Assembly (NCBI GenBank): GCA_017403085.1 | Contig: JAFQOQ010000001.1 | Location: 295-64,294 of the forward strand | DNA length: 64,000 bases | Direction of reading: 5' to 3' | Source: Alphaproteobacteria bacterium | Lineage (GTDB): Bacteria > Pseudomonadota > Alphaproteobacteria > Rs-D84 | Shown here: positions 1-9,101 of the stretch, one piece after another | Numbering within the stretch: the stretch's first letter is position 1 | Layout: each line of letters begins with the position of its first letter | Program-made: the position numbers and the translations under genes | The notes under the pieces: model-generated | Seen by the model: only the letters and a program-made list of their open reading frames with translations | What the model was told of the DNA's origin: nothing | Database searches by the model: none

Positions 1-1
1 T

Positions 2-739
2 TCAACTGCACCAATTGGCACAGACATTCGATACAGTGATGACGAAGTTAAACGCGGTTCAAAACTGCTGACTAAATTGTGGAATGCGTCAAAGTATGTT
101 TTGATGAATTTGTCTGATTTTGAACCAGAAACCGCGAAACAAATTCCGGTATCTGAACGCTTTATCGAAGACAGATGGGTATTGTCTGAATTGAACAAAA
201 CAATTGCCGAAACCAGAAAGCATCTGGATAAATACGACAATTATAATTCACGTGCTGCGATTGATTCGTTCTTCTGGGATATCTTCTGTGACCAGTATTT
301 GGAATTTATCAAAGACCGCTTCTGGGCGCCTGAAAAGTACAGTGCGGAATCAAAATTATCTGCCCAATGGACATTATATACGGTTCTGCGTGCGATAATT
401 GGTTTGTATGCGCCGTTTATTCCGTTCCTGACCGAAGAATTATGGCAGAAAATTTACAAATCTGCCGAAGGTGGCGAAACGCTGCACCTGACCGCATATC
501 CCGAAGTAAAATCGGAATATGACACAGATGTATCAGAAATGAACATTGCGCTGGAAATTCTGAAAAACATCCGTGGTCTGCGCACAGACAGAAAAATCGG
601 CAACGGGGCAAAGTTGGAAACCCTGACAATTCCATCCGATACGCCTAATGCGTTGCACGGTTTGATAAAATCTGCTGCACGCGCCAACGATATCAAATTG
701 GGTGATGCGCTGGATTTTGTTGTGTTCGAACAGAAATAA
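2..739 (+). CDS. valS: valyl-tRNA synthetase, C-terminal part (5' end lies outside the window)
   Basis: The frame is open from the window edge. It contains class Ia aaRS anticodon-binding motifs (KLWNA, DRWVLSELN, FFWDIFCDQYLEFIKDRFW) typical of ValRS. Confidence 0.75.
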   Translation, partial: STAPIGTDIRYSDDEVKRGSKLLTKLWNASKYVLMNLSDFEPETAKQIPVSERFIEDRWVLSELNKTIAETRKHLDKYDNYNSRAAIDSFFWDIFCDQYLEFIKDRFWAPEKYSAESKLSAQWTLYTVLRAIIGLYAPFIPFLTEELWQKIYKSAEGGETLHLTAYPEVKSEYDTDVSEMNIALEILKNIRGLRTDRKIGNGAKLETLTIPSDTPNALHGLIKSAARANDIKLGDALDFVVFEQK

Positions 740-748
740 GGTGTCGTC

Positions 749-1477
749 ATGGCAGATAAACTGGTTGAAAAACGGGTTCTTCAGGCATACCAATGTGATA
801 GATTTGGTAATGTTCGTCCGTTAATTTTGATGAACGAATTGCAATCTATTGCCGACCGCCATGCCGAGGTCTTGGGTTGTGGCCGTACATATTGTATGGA
901 AAATAATGTCGGTTGGGTTGTAATGTATTACCTGGTTGATATTTTGGAATTGCCACGCGAAGGCGAAGAATTAACTTTTTCAACATGGCCATCATGCCAA
1001 GATGCCCTGCGCGCCACGCGTGATTTTGAAATTCACGGCGCCGATGGTCGTTTAATGGTCCGTGCGACGTCGCAATGGATATTAATTGACCTGGCGCGCC
1101 GTCGTCCATTGCCGCTGGCAAATCACTTGTCGCCTGACGTTGTTGTGCCAATGCGCGCATATGGATGTGCGTTTGAAAAATTCCCAGATTTTGAAACGAA
1201 TAAAACGCATGTTATGAAGTGTCGCTTTGATGATATTGACGTGAATCAGCATATTAACAATGCGGTCTATGCGGTCTGGGCAACAGAAAGCGTTGGCTAT
1301 AAATACCGTACGGGACACAAGTTGCGCAAGATTGACATAAACTTTAAAAAAGAAATCAATCCAGACACCCCAGAAATTCGCATTGATGTCGCGATTGATG
1401 GGTTGGTTACCCGTCATAAAATTTGCGTTGATGACACTGAACATGCGGTTGTAATCTGTCACTGGGACGAAATATAA
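749..1477 (+). CDS. acyl-ACP thioesterase family protein (double hotdog)
   Basis: 242-aa ORF whose sequence (NELQSIADRHAEVLG, GWVVMYY, DIDVNQHINNAVY) resembles the acyl-ACP thioesterase family. Confidence 0.7.
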   Translation: MADKLVEKRVLQAYQCDRFGNVRPLILMNELQSIADRHAEVLGCGRTYCMENNVGWVVMYYLVDILELPREGEELTFSTWPSCQDALRATRDFEIHGADGRLMVRATSQWILIDLARRRPLPLANHLSPDVVVPMRAYGCAFEKFPDFETNKTHVMKCRFDDIDVNQHINNAVYAVWATESVGYKYRTGHKLRKIDINFKKEINPDTPEIRIDVAIDGLVTRHKICVDDTEHAVVICHWDEI

Positions 1478-1504
1478 AAATCCCCCATTATGGGGGATTT
1501 TTTA
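1476..1504. terminator. bidirectional intrinsic terminator between the thioesterase gene and pyrG
   Basis: Hairpin AAATCCCCCA-tta-TGGGGGATTT with an A-run on one side and a T-run on the other, between two convergent stop codons. Confidence 0.7.
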
Positions 1505-3076
1505 TCCGTGTTTTTTATACGCAGCATTTATAAACGCGTTAAACATTGGGTGGCCTGAATATGGGCTGGATTGAAATTCTGGATGAAATTGTCCCGCGAT
1601 AAAGAAGGGGTGATTTTTTATTTCCACAATTTCGGGCAGTTTTCCGTCCGGACTGCGCCCTGATATTATCAGACCTGCATCACGGAACGCGGACTCCATT
1701 TTTATATCCATTTCATATCTGTGTCTGTGCCGCTCGGATATTTTTTCTGTGCCATAAATTGTTGCGGCCAGTGTTCCTGATGCAATGTCGCACGGATATG
1801 CGCCTAATCGCAGTGTGCCCCCCATGTTCTCTGTATCATGATCATGCATAATATCAATAACAGGCGTACATGTCTTTGCGAATTCGGTGGAATTTGCATC
1901 CTGTATCCCTAATACATTTCGCGCAAATTCTATGACTGCAACTTGCATGCCCAGACATATTCCCATATATGGAACATTATTTTCGCGGGCATATTTTGCG
2001 GCCTCTATTTTTCCATCAACGCCCCGTACGCCAAAGCCCCCCGGAACTAAAATTCCATCAACGTCATGACATGCATCTGGCGAAAATTTTTCTGCATCAA
2101 TTTTTTTTATATTTACATGTACGTTGTTTTGAATGCCTGCATGAAACAGTGCTTCGTTCAGTGATTTATATGCATCTGGAACATCAAAGTATTTGCCGAC
2201 CATACCAATTGTCACTGTTGGTAAATCTGCCCCCAGATAGTTTTCAATTCTTTCAAACCGTGTCATGTCACCGCGTGCCTGTGGCAGTCCAAAGTGATTT
2301 GCGATAATATCAAACACATGCTGTGCTTCATATGCCAGTGGGATTTTGTAGATGTTATCTACATCAATACCGCTAATCACATTTTTTGCGGGCAGATTAC
2401 AAAACATGCCGATTTTATCACGTTCGTCAGGCATCAGCATTCGTGGTGTTCTGACGACCAGCATATCTGCCTGAATTCCATTTTCCAATAACTGTCGCAC
2501 AGACATTTGTGTCGGTTTTGTTTTTAATTCACCTGATTTTTCCAAATATGGCGCCAATGTTAGATGTACAAACATAACGTTTTTACGACCAACGTCATTT
2601 GCAAATTGTCTGATAGATTCCAAGAATATTTTTCCTTCGATATCGCCGACGGTGCCGCCAATTTCGCATACTACAAAATCTGTATCGGATGGCGCGGCGA
2701 TATATTCCTTAATTTTATTTGAAACATGGGGAATCATTTGAACCGTCGCCCCCAAATAATCGCCCCGTCGTTCTGCATTTAATACATCCCAGTATATTCG
2801 TCCGCCAGATACAGAATCGTGCCTAGATAATTTTGCCCCCAAAAATCGTTCATAGTACCCCAGGTCTAAATCTGTTTCATATCCATCACGTGTTACATAT
2901 ACTTCGCCATGTTGAAATGGTGACATTGTCCCTGGATCGATATTTAGATATGGATCAAATTTCCGTGCATGCACAGAATACCCGCGCGATTGAAGAAGGG
3001 CGCCGCACCCTGCCGCTGCGACGCCCTTTCCTAAACTCGATACAACCCCACCAGTTATAAATATATATTTCGCCAT
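1502..3076 (-). CDS. pyrG: CTP synthase
   Basis: 524 aa. N-terminus MAKYIFITGGVVSSLGKG, and the glutaminase domain motif GICLGMQ. Confidence 0.97.
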   Translation of the reverse strand: MAKYIFITGGVVSSLGKGVAAAGCGALLQSRGYSVHARKFDPYLNIDPGTMSPFQHGEVYVTRDGYETDLDLGYYERFLGAKLSRHDSVSGGRIYWDVLNAERRGDYLGATVQMIPHVSNKIKEYIAAPSDTDFVVCEIGGTVGDIEGKIFLESIRQFANDVGRKNVMFVHLTLAPYLEKSGELKTKPTQMSVRQLLENGIQADMLVVRTPRMLMPDERDKIGMFCNLPAKNVISGIDVDNIYKIPLAYEAQHVFDIIANHFGLPQARGDMTRFERIENYLGADLPTVTIGMVGKYFDVPDAYKSLNEALFHAGIQNNVHVNIKKIDAEKFSPDACHDVDGILVPGGFGVRGVDGKIEAAKYARENNVPYMGICLGMQVAVIEFARNVLGIQDANSTEFAKTCTPVIDIMHDHDTENMGGTLRLGAYPCDIASGTLAATIYGTEKISERHRHRYEMDIKMESAFRDAGLIISGRSPDGKLPEIVEIKNHPFFIAGQFHPEFQSSPYSGHPMFNAFINAAYKKHG

Positions 3077-3153
3077 AAGTTGCCCCCTTATGGACTTTTA
3101 TCATACGAAAAAAACTGTTGCGACGCAATGAAATAAATTCCTATACTTTTCAT

Positions 3154-5082
3154 ATGCGCAAGTTCTTAGAAAATCAGGCACAAAATCTATTTTTATACGC
3201 GCCATTTTTAATGGCGTTTGGTGCTGCGTTATATTTTACATTGCGTTACGAACCCAGTTTAATTTTAACATATCCAATAACGGTTGCACTGGCAGTACTG
3301 ATGTTTGTACGTCATGTGCCAGTATTCTTGCGTGGCGTAATTATATTTTTATTTGGGTTTTATTATTCGGCATCTTTTACAGAATTCATAAATACCCCGA
3401 TTCTGTCAAAACCCTTACGTGATATTGTTATCGTTGCCCATGTTGATAGAATTGATTATGCCACGGATAAAACGCGCCTGTATTTAACAACGCCATTTGA
3501 CGAAGGTGACGCGATTGTTCGCGTGTCCTTATCAGACGGCATGACGATTCCAAACGTTGGCGATGATATTTATGCGACTGTAAATCTGTTTGCACCGGGA
3601 CCTGCGTCTGCGCCTGAAACGTTTGATTATGCGCGTTGGGCATACTTTAACAAATTATCTGCCACAGGATACATGACAGATTACAGGATTTCATCACCTG
3701 CGGGCGGTGGCGACATAAATTCATTACGTAACAGTTTGCATAACACATCAAATTCGTTCTTGGTTGATAGTCTGGTATTGGGGTATAAAAACGCAGTTCC
3801 AAAAGCAGATAATCAAATATGGACATCCAGTGGTGTGGGTCATGTCTGGTCAATCAGTGGCTTTCATATGACGTTGGTTGGCGGATGGTTGTTCGCGATA
3901 TTTTATTTAATATTTCGTACTGTTCCATATGTCACGCGACGTATCCCGGCCAAGATTCCTGCGATGATAATGGCATGGTTTGGACTGTTGTTTTATTTAT
4001 TTTTGTCGGGCATAGATGTTGCAACTGTTCGTGCATTTTTAATGACGACATTAGTGTTCGTTGCGTTTATATTTGGACGTCGTGCGGTGTCGCTGCGTAA
4101 TGTTGCGCTGGCGTTTTGTTTGATATTTCTGCTAAATCCACACTACGTTATGCAGGCAGGTTTTCAGTTGTCTTTTGCGGCCGTGTTTGGATTGGTGTGG
4201 TTGTATTCTGTTGTGCAACCTAAAATGCCCAGTCAGAAAATATTAAAAGTGGTATATGCAACAATTTTAACATCAGTTACAGCGACTGTATTTACTGCGC
4301 CATTTGTTGCAGCGCACTTTGGCACAATCCCGATTTATAGCGTTGTTGGCAATCTGATTTTATTACCTGTGTTTTCATTTTTAATTATGCCGTTGGTAAT
4401 GATTGGTCTGCTGTGTGCGTTGTTTGGTGTGATGATGCCAATCAACATTGCGCATGACGTATATAATTTTTCGCGTGGGATTGCTGTTTGGATTTCAGAT
4501 TTGCCATTATCAACTGTTTCTGTATCGCATGTTCCAAATATCGCAATGTTGTGTTTTATTATCGCCTTTGTCATATTGGTATTTGTATCTTTTAAGCGTG
4601 CATATTTAAATTACATTTTGTTCGGCGTGATTGCATGTGCATCAACTGCACTAATTGCGTTATGGCCGCGTCCGATATTCTTTTCGACAAATGATAATGA
4701 ATTGGTCGCATTTTATGAAAATGGAAAATTAGAATTTAATAAATCGCGCGCATCTAATCATTTCTTTGCGTTTGATACATGGAAACAAATGACGGCGTCG
4801 GATTTATCTGCACCTAACCATCGCCGTGCGCATAATGGTGGTGTGTATAAATTCAACACGCCTGAATTTAATTTAGTTTATATCCAGAAATTTATGCCAC
4901 TTCAAAATAATATTGTTGAATTGTGCCGTGACGACAGCATTGATTACATAGTATCATATTTTGATATAACTGCCCCGCATTGTGATGCCAAGATTCTGCG
5001 CGGTGGCATGGTAATATACCCCAGCGGCCGAATTAAATATACGCCAATCAATCGTCGTTGGAATCATAGTCCGCGCGAATAA
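3154..5082 (+). CDS. comEC: ComEC/Rec2-family DNA internalisation channel protein
   Basis: Polytopic membrane ORF with the competence-domain signature (GVGHVWSISGFHMTLV). The ATG at 3154 is preferred over the TTG at 3118. No obvious metallo-beta-lactamase HxHxDH tail. Confidence 0.82.
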   Translation: MRKFLENQAQNLFLYAPFLMAFGAALYFTLRYEPSLILTYPITVALAVLMFVRHVPVFLRGVIIFLFGFYYSASFTEFINTPILSKPLRDIVIVAHVDRIDYATDKTRLYLTTPFDEGDAIVRVSLSDGMTIPNVGDDIYATVNLFAPGPASAPETFDYARWAYFNKLSATGYMTDYRISSPAGGGDINSLRNSLHNTSNSFLVDSLVLGYKNAVPKADNQIWTSSGVGHVWSISGFHMTLVGGWLFAIFYLIFRTVPYVTRRIPAKIPAMIMAWFGLLFYLFLSGIDVATVRAFLMTTLVFVAFIFGRRAVSLRNVALAFCLIFLLNPHYVMQAGFQLSFAAVFGLVWLYSVVQPKMPSQKILKVVYATILTSVTATVFTAPFVAAHFGTIPIYSVVGNLILLPVFSFLIMPLVMIGLLCALFGVMMPINIAHDVYNFSRGIAVWISDLPLSTVSVSHVPNIAMLCFIIAFVILVFVSFKRAYLNYILFGVIACASTALIALWPRPIFFSTNDNELVAFYENGKLEFNKSRASNHFFAFDTWKQMTASDLSAPNHRRAHNGGVYKFNTPEFNLVYIQKFMPLQNNIVELCRDDSIDYIVSYFDITAPHCDAKILRGGMVIYPSGRIKYTPINRRWNHSPRE

Positions 5083-5797
5083 AATACAGTCCCGCTGCCG
5101 GTGCGGTTGGGCCTGCGGCACTTCTATCATGTGCGGCAAATATTGCATCAATATCGTACGGTTTTCCCAAACCGATTTCAATTAACGTTCCGACGATATT
5201 TCGTACCATATGATGCAGGAACGAACGTGCAGAAAATTCAAAAATAATTTCGTCACCACTTTGTGTTATTTCGATTTTATCCAGTGTTTTAATCGGACTT
5301 TTTGCCTGGCATTCAGATGCGCGGAAACTGGTAAAATCATGATTGCCTAATAATTTTTGTGCGGCACTTTTCATTGCGTCAATATTCAGTGGGCGTGGCA
5401 CCCAATACACGCGATTTTTCTGTAACACAACTGGCGCGCGCCGATTTAATACAATGTATTTATAGTGTCGTGCGACACAATCGAATCGCGCATTAAAATC
5501 ATTTGACGCAACTTCGCATTTTAAAACCGACACGGGTTTATCTGACAGGTAAAAATTAAGTGCCCGCATGACAGTGTCTGCGTCTGGTTCGCTGCCGAAT
5601 AAATCAAAGTGTGCCACCATTGCAGTTGCATGAACACCCGCGTCTGTGCGACCCGCGGCAACGACATCTGGACGTGATGCACTAAATTTTTCAATTGCAT
5701 CTTTCATCAGTGATTGTACAGATGGCCCCTGGCGATTTTCTTGCCATCCAATCAGATTTGTCCCATCGTATTCCAGTGTCACTTTATATCGCGTCAT
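5048..5797 (-). CDS. truA: tRNA pseudouridine(38-40) synthase
   Basis: 249 aa with GRTDAGVHA catalytic motif. The 3' end overlaps comEC convergently by 35 nt. Confidence 0.95.
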   Translation of the reverse strand: MTRYKVTLEYDGTNLIGWQENRQGPSVQSLMKDAIEKFSASRPDVVAAGRTDAGVHATAMVAHFDLFGSEPDADTVMRALNFYLSDKPVSVLKCEVASNDFNARFDCVARHYKYIVLNRRAPVVLQKNRVYWVPRPLNIDAMKSAAQKLLGNHDFTSFRASECQAKSPIKTLDKIEITQSGDEIIFEFSARSFLHHMVRNIVGTLIEIGLGKPYDIDAIFAAHDRSAAGPTAPAAGLYFIRADYDSNDD

Positions 5798-6029
5798 AAT
5801 TTTATCTTTGTTTTTGTATTTGATTGGTCAATCGAATGCATCCCCTGCATTTTTTTTCACGTTCTCTACGGCTGTCATCGTCCATTAAATCTATCATGCG
5901 TATCACACATGTTGGGCGGCAACGCGTTGTTGTAAAATGGCATCGGCAACAGTTGCAATCAATATTATATTCATTAACGATTACGGTTCGTGATTTGTAT
6001 GTACAGTATCTAGTTTGCATAACATACCC

Positions 6030-6380
6030 CTATCGCATATGTTCTGCATATTTACGTTTCATCACAAATTTTCTACATGTTGATGATGCCGGGACAAGAT
6101 CAGGCCCCCATAATAACAAGCGCTTCAATCCAACATTATAACATGCGGTCATTTCATGGTATGTTCCAAAATATTCACAGTATTCGCACCGATTTGGAAT
6201 TTGGTTTGGGATTTTTTTAAAATAGTTGCAAACTGCTTTATCCGGGTTTTGAATTTGTCTAAGCCCGAATAACAGTCGTAACAGACCCCCGCGGTCGCCA
6301 CATGCGATACCTTTTTTATTTTTCACGCTGTGAAGACAATTTATACAGCACTCCTTAACATGGCCATCATCGTATTCCAC
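6030..6380 (-). CDS. hypothetical Cys-rich small protein (GTG start) coupled to fmt
   Basis: 116-aa ORF starting 3 nt after the fmt stop. An AGGAG Shine-Dalgarno lies inside the fmt 3' end, 7 nt upstream of the GTG. Cys motifs CCINC and CEYCEY. No family recognised. Confidence 0.4.
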   Translation of the reverse strand: MEYDDGHVKECCINCLHSVKNKKGIACGDRGGLLRLLFGLRQIQNPDKAVCNYFKKIPNQIPNRCEYCEYFGTYHEMTACYNVGLKRLLLWGPDLVPASSTCRKFVMKRKYAEHMR

Positions 6381-6383
6381 TAC

Positions 6384-7190
6384 TTATTCTCCTAGTCTTA
6401 TGGTTGTATTGTGCAGTCCATTGCAAAAACTTTTCCAATCCATTGTTTTTTTTCCTGCGGGCTGTAATTGCAATATTTCCAGTGTGCCATTATTCAATTT
6501 TGTTTTCAAAATTTTGACATCTATTCCGTTTATTTTTGTGCGTCCGCATCCCAGTGCGCGAATTTGATTGTGTATATCGCTGTGTTTTTTATCCCAGTCG
6601 ATTATTTCATCTGTGCCATCAAACTTTTTTGTATATGTGGCGACGCCGGTCTGTGCCACTGCCGGATATTTATCTGGTTGTGCCAGATATTTAACCAGCA
6701 TTTCTGACGCGATATCGGATACTTTATTTTCAACGTCGTCATTTGTATCGTCGATTGCTATTTCAAATTCTTGGCGCATATGTATATCACCTGCGTCCAA
6801 TTCTTCTGTCACATCCATCAGACATACTGCCGATACTGTATCCCCGTTGTAAATTGCAGTCTTAATTGGTGATGGACCGCGATATTTTGGCAGGTCGCTT
6901 GGGTGAATATTTATAACCTGCGCAGACTCCAAAACGTTTTCACGCAATATTACACCATATGATATTACAACGACCATATCTGGCGCATAATTATACTCGT
7001 TTATATTTGTATGAACGTGCAGTCCGTTTTTTTCTGCCCACACATGCACTGGCGATGGGGTCAAGATTTGTTTTCGACCCACTGGCTTGGGTGCGCGCGT
7101 AAATACTGCGATTATTTCGTGTCCTGCATTTTTTATTGCGTCAAATACGGGTACAACAAAGTCATTTGTTCCCATTAAAACTAATTTCAT
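6384..7190 (-). CDS. fmt: methionyl-tRNA formyltransferase
   Basis: 268 aa with HPSDLPKYRGPSPI motif. Overlaps the def stop by 4 nt. Confidence 0.93.
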   Translation of the reverse strand: MKLVLMGTNDFVVPVFDAIKNAGHEIIAVFTRAPKPVGRKQILTPSPVHVWAEKNGLHVHTNINEYNYAPDMVVVISYGVILRENVLESAQVINIHPSDLPKYRGPSPIKTAIYNGDTVSAVCLMDVTEELDAGDIHMRQEFEIAIDDTNDDVENKVSDIASEMLVKYLAQPDKYPAVAQTGVATYTKKFDGTDEIIDWDKKHSDIHNQIRALGCGRTKINGIDVKILKTKLNNGTLEILQLQPAGKKTMDWKSFCNGLHNTTIRLGE

Positions 7191-7687
7191 TTACGCTTCC
7201 TTACCTTGCGCATTAACATTTCGCGACGAACTGGCGATAAATAGTCAATAAATAATTTCCCATCTAAATGGTCTGTTTCGTGTTGTACAATACGCGCAGG
7301 CAGTCCGGACATCTGTGCCGCCTGTTGCACGCCGTTTTCGTCGGTCCATTCGACTGTGACAGATTGTGGTCTGGATACGTTTGCGAACACGGGCAACCCG
7401 TCCCCCCCCAGCACAGACAAACATCCTTCTTCCATTGTCACGACATCTTCGCTGCGCGACAATATTTTCGGGTTAATCATTTTATATACGATTTCAGTAT
7501 CTGGGTCCATCATGACCAAGAATCTTTGCAGAATTCCGACCTGTGGTGCCGCCAGTCCGACGCCATTTTGTGCGGCCATCATATCAACCATTTCGTTCAG
7601 TACTGATAAAATCTGTGGTGTGATTTCTGTGACTGCGGCGCATTTTTCGCGCAAAACCAAATCCCCACAAAGTTTCATTTGCAACAT
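7187..7687 (-). CDS. def: peptide deformylase
   Basis: 166 aa with GVGLAAPQVG, EGCLS and HETDHL motifs. Confidence 0.96.
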   Translation of the reverse strand: MLQMKLCGDLVLREKCAAVTEITPQILSVLNEMVDMMAAQNGVGLAAPQVGILQRFLVMMDPDTEIVYKMINPKILSRSEDVVTMEEGCLSVLGGDGLPVFANVSRPQSVTVEWTDENGVQQAAQMSGLPARIVQHETDHLDGKLFIDYLSPVRREMLMRKVRKRK

Positions 7688-7728
7688 ATTTAAAACCTCT
7701 TATAATAATCTTATCAAAGGATTGGGAA

Positions 7729-8607
7729 ATGACAACTTATATTTTTGTATTGTTAATGATAATTATATTTCTGTTGGTTGCGTTGTTATTACGTCGTCCA
7801 ACGGTTGATATTTCTGCACTGCGCGAAGATAACGCACGTCTGCGCGAACGTCTGGCAGAACGTCTGGGGGCATTATCGCAAAACGCGATTGAATTAAAGA
7901 ATATCAGCAGCGACATTGCAAATTTCAAAAATATTTTAATGGGTAATAAACAGGCACGCGGTACATTTGGCGAACGCCAACTGGAAGATTTGGTCGCAGA
8001 TATCATGCCGCCTGAAAGTTATGCGTTTCAATGTGTTATGCCGTCTGGCGTGCGTCCTGATTGTGTTATTCGTTTGCCATACCCGCCAGGCGATATGGTA
8101 ATAGACAGCAAATTTCCACTGGAAAGTTATAATCGCATGATGGCAGATTTAAACGATGGCATGTCGCGCAAGCAGTTTGAACTGGATGTTCGCAAACATA
8201 TTGATGCGATTGGCGAAAAATATATCATTGCGGGTCAAACGGCAGAATCAGCGATGATGTTTATTGCGTCTGAATCAATATTCGAAACAGTGCATCGTGA
8301 ATTTCCATCTTTGATAGAATACGCTGCGCGTAAAAAGGTGTTTATTGTGTCGCCATCAACATTGTGGGCAACATTAAATACGATTCGCGCCGTTTTGTCT
8401 GATATAAAAATCAAACGCGTTGCCGCCCAAATTCGTAAAGAACTGGATATGTTGCTGACAGATTTATCGCGTCTATCCGACAGGGCGACCAACGTCCAAC
8501 GTCATTTTGCCCAGGCGGTTGCTGACATAGACATGGTTCAAACATCTATTGGTAAAATTGCCCCACGTGCAGAAAAATTACGTGATATGGATTTTGGCGA
8601 AGACTAA
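7729..8607 (+). CDS. rmuC: DNA recombination protein RmuC (short form)
   Basis: 292 aa. N-terminal TM segment, a short coiled coil, then an RmuC nuclease-like domain (RPDCVIRLP, VIDSKFPLESY). Confidence 0.82.
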   Translation: MTTYIFVLLMIIIFLLVALLLRRPTVDISALREDNARLRERLAERLGALSQNAIELKNISSDIANFKNILMGNKQARGTFGERQLEDLVADIMPPESYAFQCVMPSGVRPDCVIRLPYPPGDMVIDSKFPLESYNRMMADLNDGMSRKQFELDVRKHIDAIGEKYIIAGQTAESAMMFIASESIFETVHREFPSLIEYAARKKVFIVSPSTLWATLNTIRAVLSDIKIKRVAAQIRKELDMLLTDLSRLSDRATNVQRHFAQAVADIDMVQTSIGKIAPRAEKLRDMDFGED

Positions 8608-8623
8608 GTTATGAAAAAACGCA

Positions 8624-8654
8624 ATAAAAAAACCGCCAATCGGCGGATTTTTTA
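8624..8654. terminator. bidirectional terminator between rmuC and rpmH
   Basis: A7-CCGCC-aatc-GGCGG-ATTTTTT hairpin between convergent genes. It overlaps the rpmH stop codon. Confidence 0.6.
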
Positions 8655-8804
8655 GTTTGCCGCAGTGGCAGCCAATCTTTTACGACCAGCCGCGCGACGA
8701 CGATTCAAAACATCGCGACCGCCTGCTGTTGCCATTCTAGCACGGAACCCATGTGTGCGCACACGGCGTGTTTTAGAAGGTTGATATGTACGTTTTGTAG
8801 CCAT
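8652..8804 (-). CDS. rpmH: 50S ribosomal protein L34
   Basis: Hand translation gives [50 protein letters not shown] (50 aa), below the ORF-track length cutoff. Confidence 0.93.
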   Translation of the reverse strand: MATKRTYQPSKTRRVRTHGFRARMATAGGRDVLNRRRAAGRKRLAATAAN

Positions 8805-8860
8805 TTTAAAATCCTTTTGCGCGTCTATTTAACCATACGTTTTACAAAAACGCAACCTTT

Positions 8861-8965
8861 TTATTTAGATTTTATTAATCCAGACTTTTTTAGTGCCTCT
8901 AAGAACAGGTAATACACAAAAATTGCTGCGAACATATTCCACAGTGGTAAAAATGTGCCTTTCAT
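8861..8965 (-). CDS. possible 34-aa hydrophobic micro-protein
   Basis: Hand translation gives MKGTFLPLWNMFAAIFVYYLFLEALKKSGLIKSK. The only support is an open frame with one TM-like segment. Confidence 0.15.
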   Translation of the reverse strand: MKGTFLPLWNMFAAIFVYYLFLEALKKSGLIKSK

Positions 8966-9042
8966 GTTTGTGTCCTTGGTTTAGTTATTTTTATCGTACT
9001 ACAAACAGATTATTTGTCAATTAATTTTTTGGGCTTTATTTC

Positions 9043-9072
9043 TTGACGAAAAGCCCAAAAATCTGCTATGTT
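9043..9072 (+). promoter_or_regulatory. candidate sigma70 promoter of gyrA
   Basis: TTGACG, 18-nt spacer, TATGTT, about 30 nt upstream of the gyrA ATG. The -35 element sits in the loop of a 12-bp inverted repeat (9026-9037 / 9050-9061). Confidence 0.35.
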
Positions 9073-9101
9073 TTCAGTGTTATAAATAGGGAAAGGTAAG
9101 T

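Noticed and set aside
5802-6141. ORFs of 72-105 aa in the truA-fmt gap on both strands
   Set aside because: They overlap one another, lack SD sequences and have odd composition. Only the fmt-coupled 116-aa ORF has any supporting signal.
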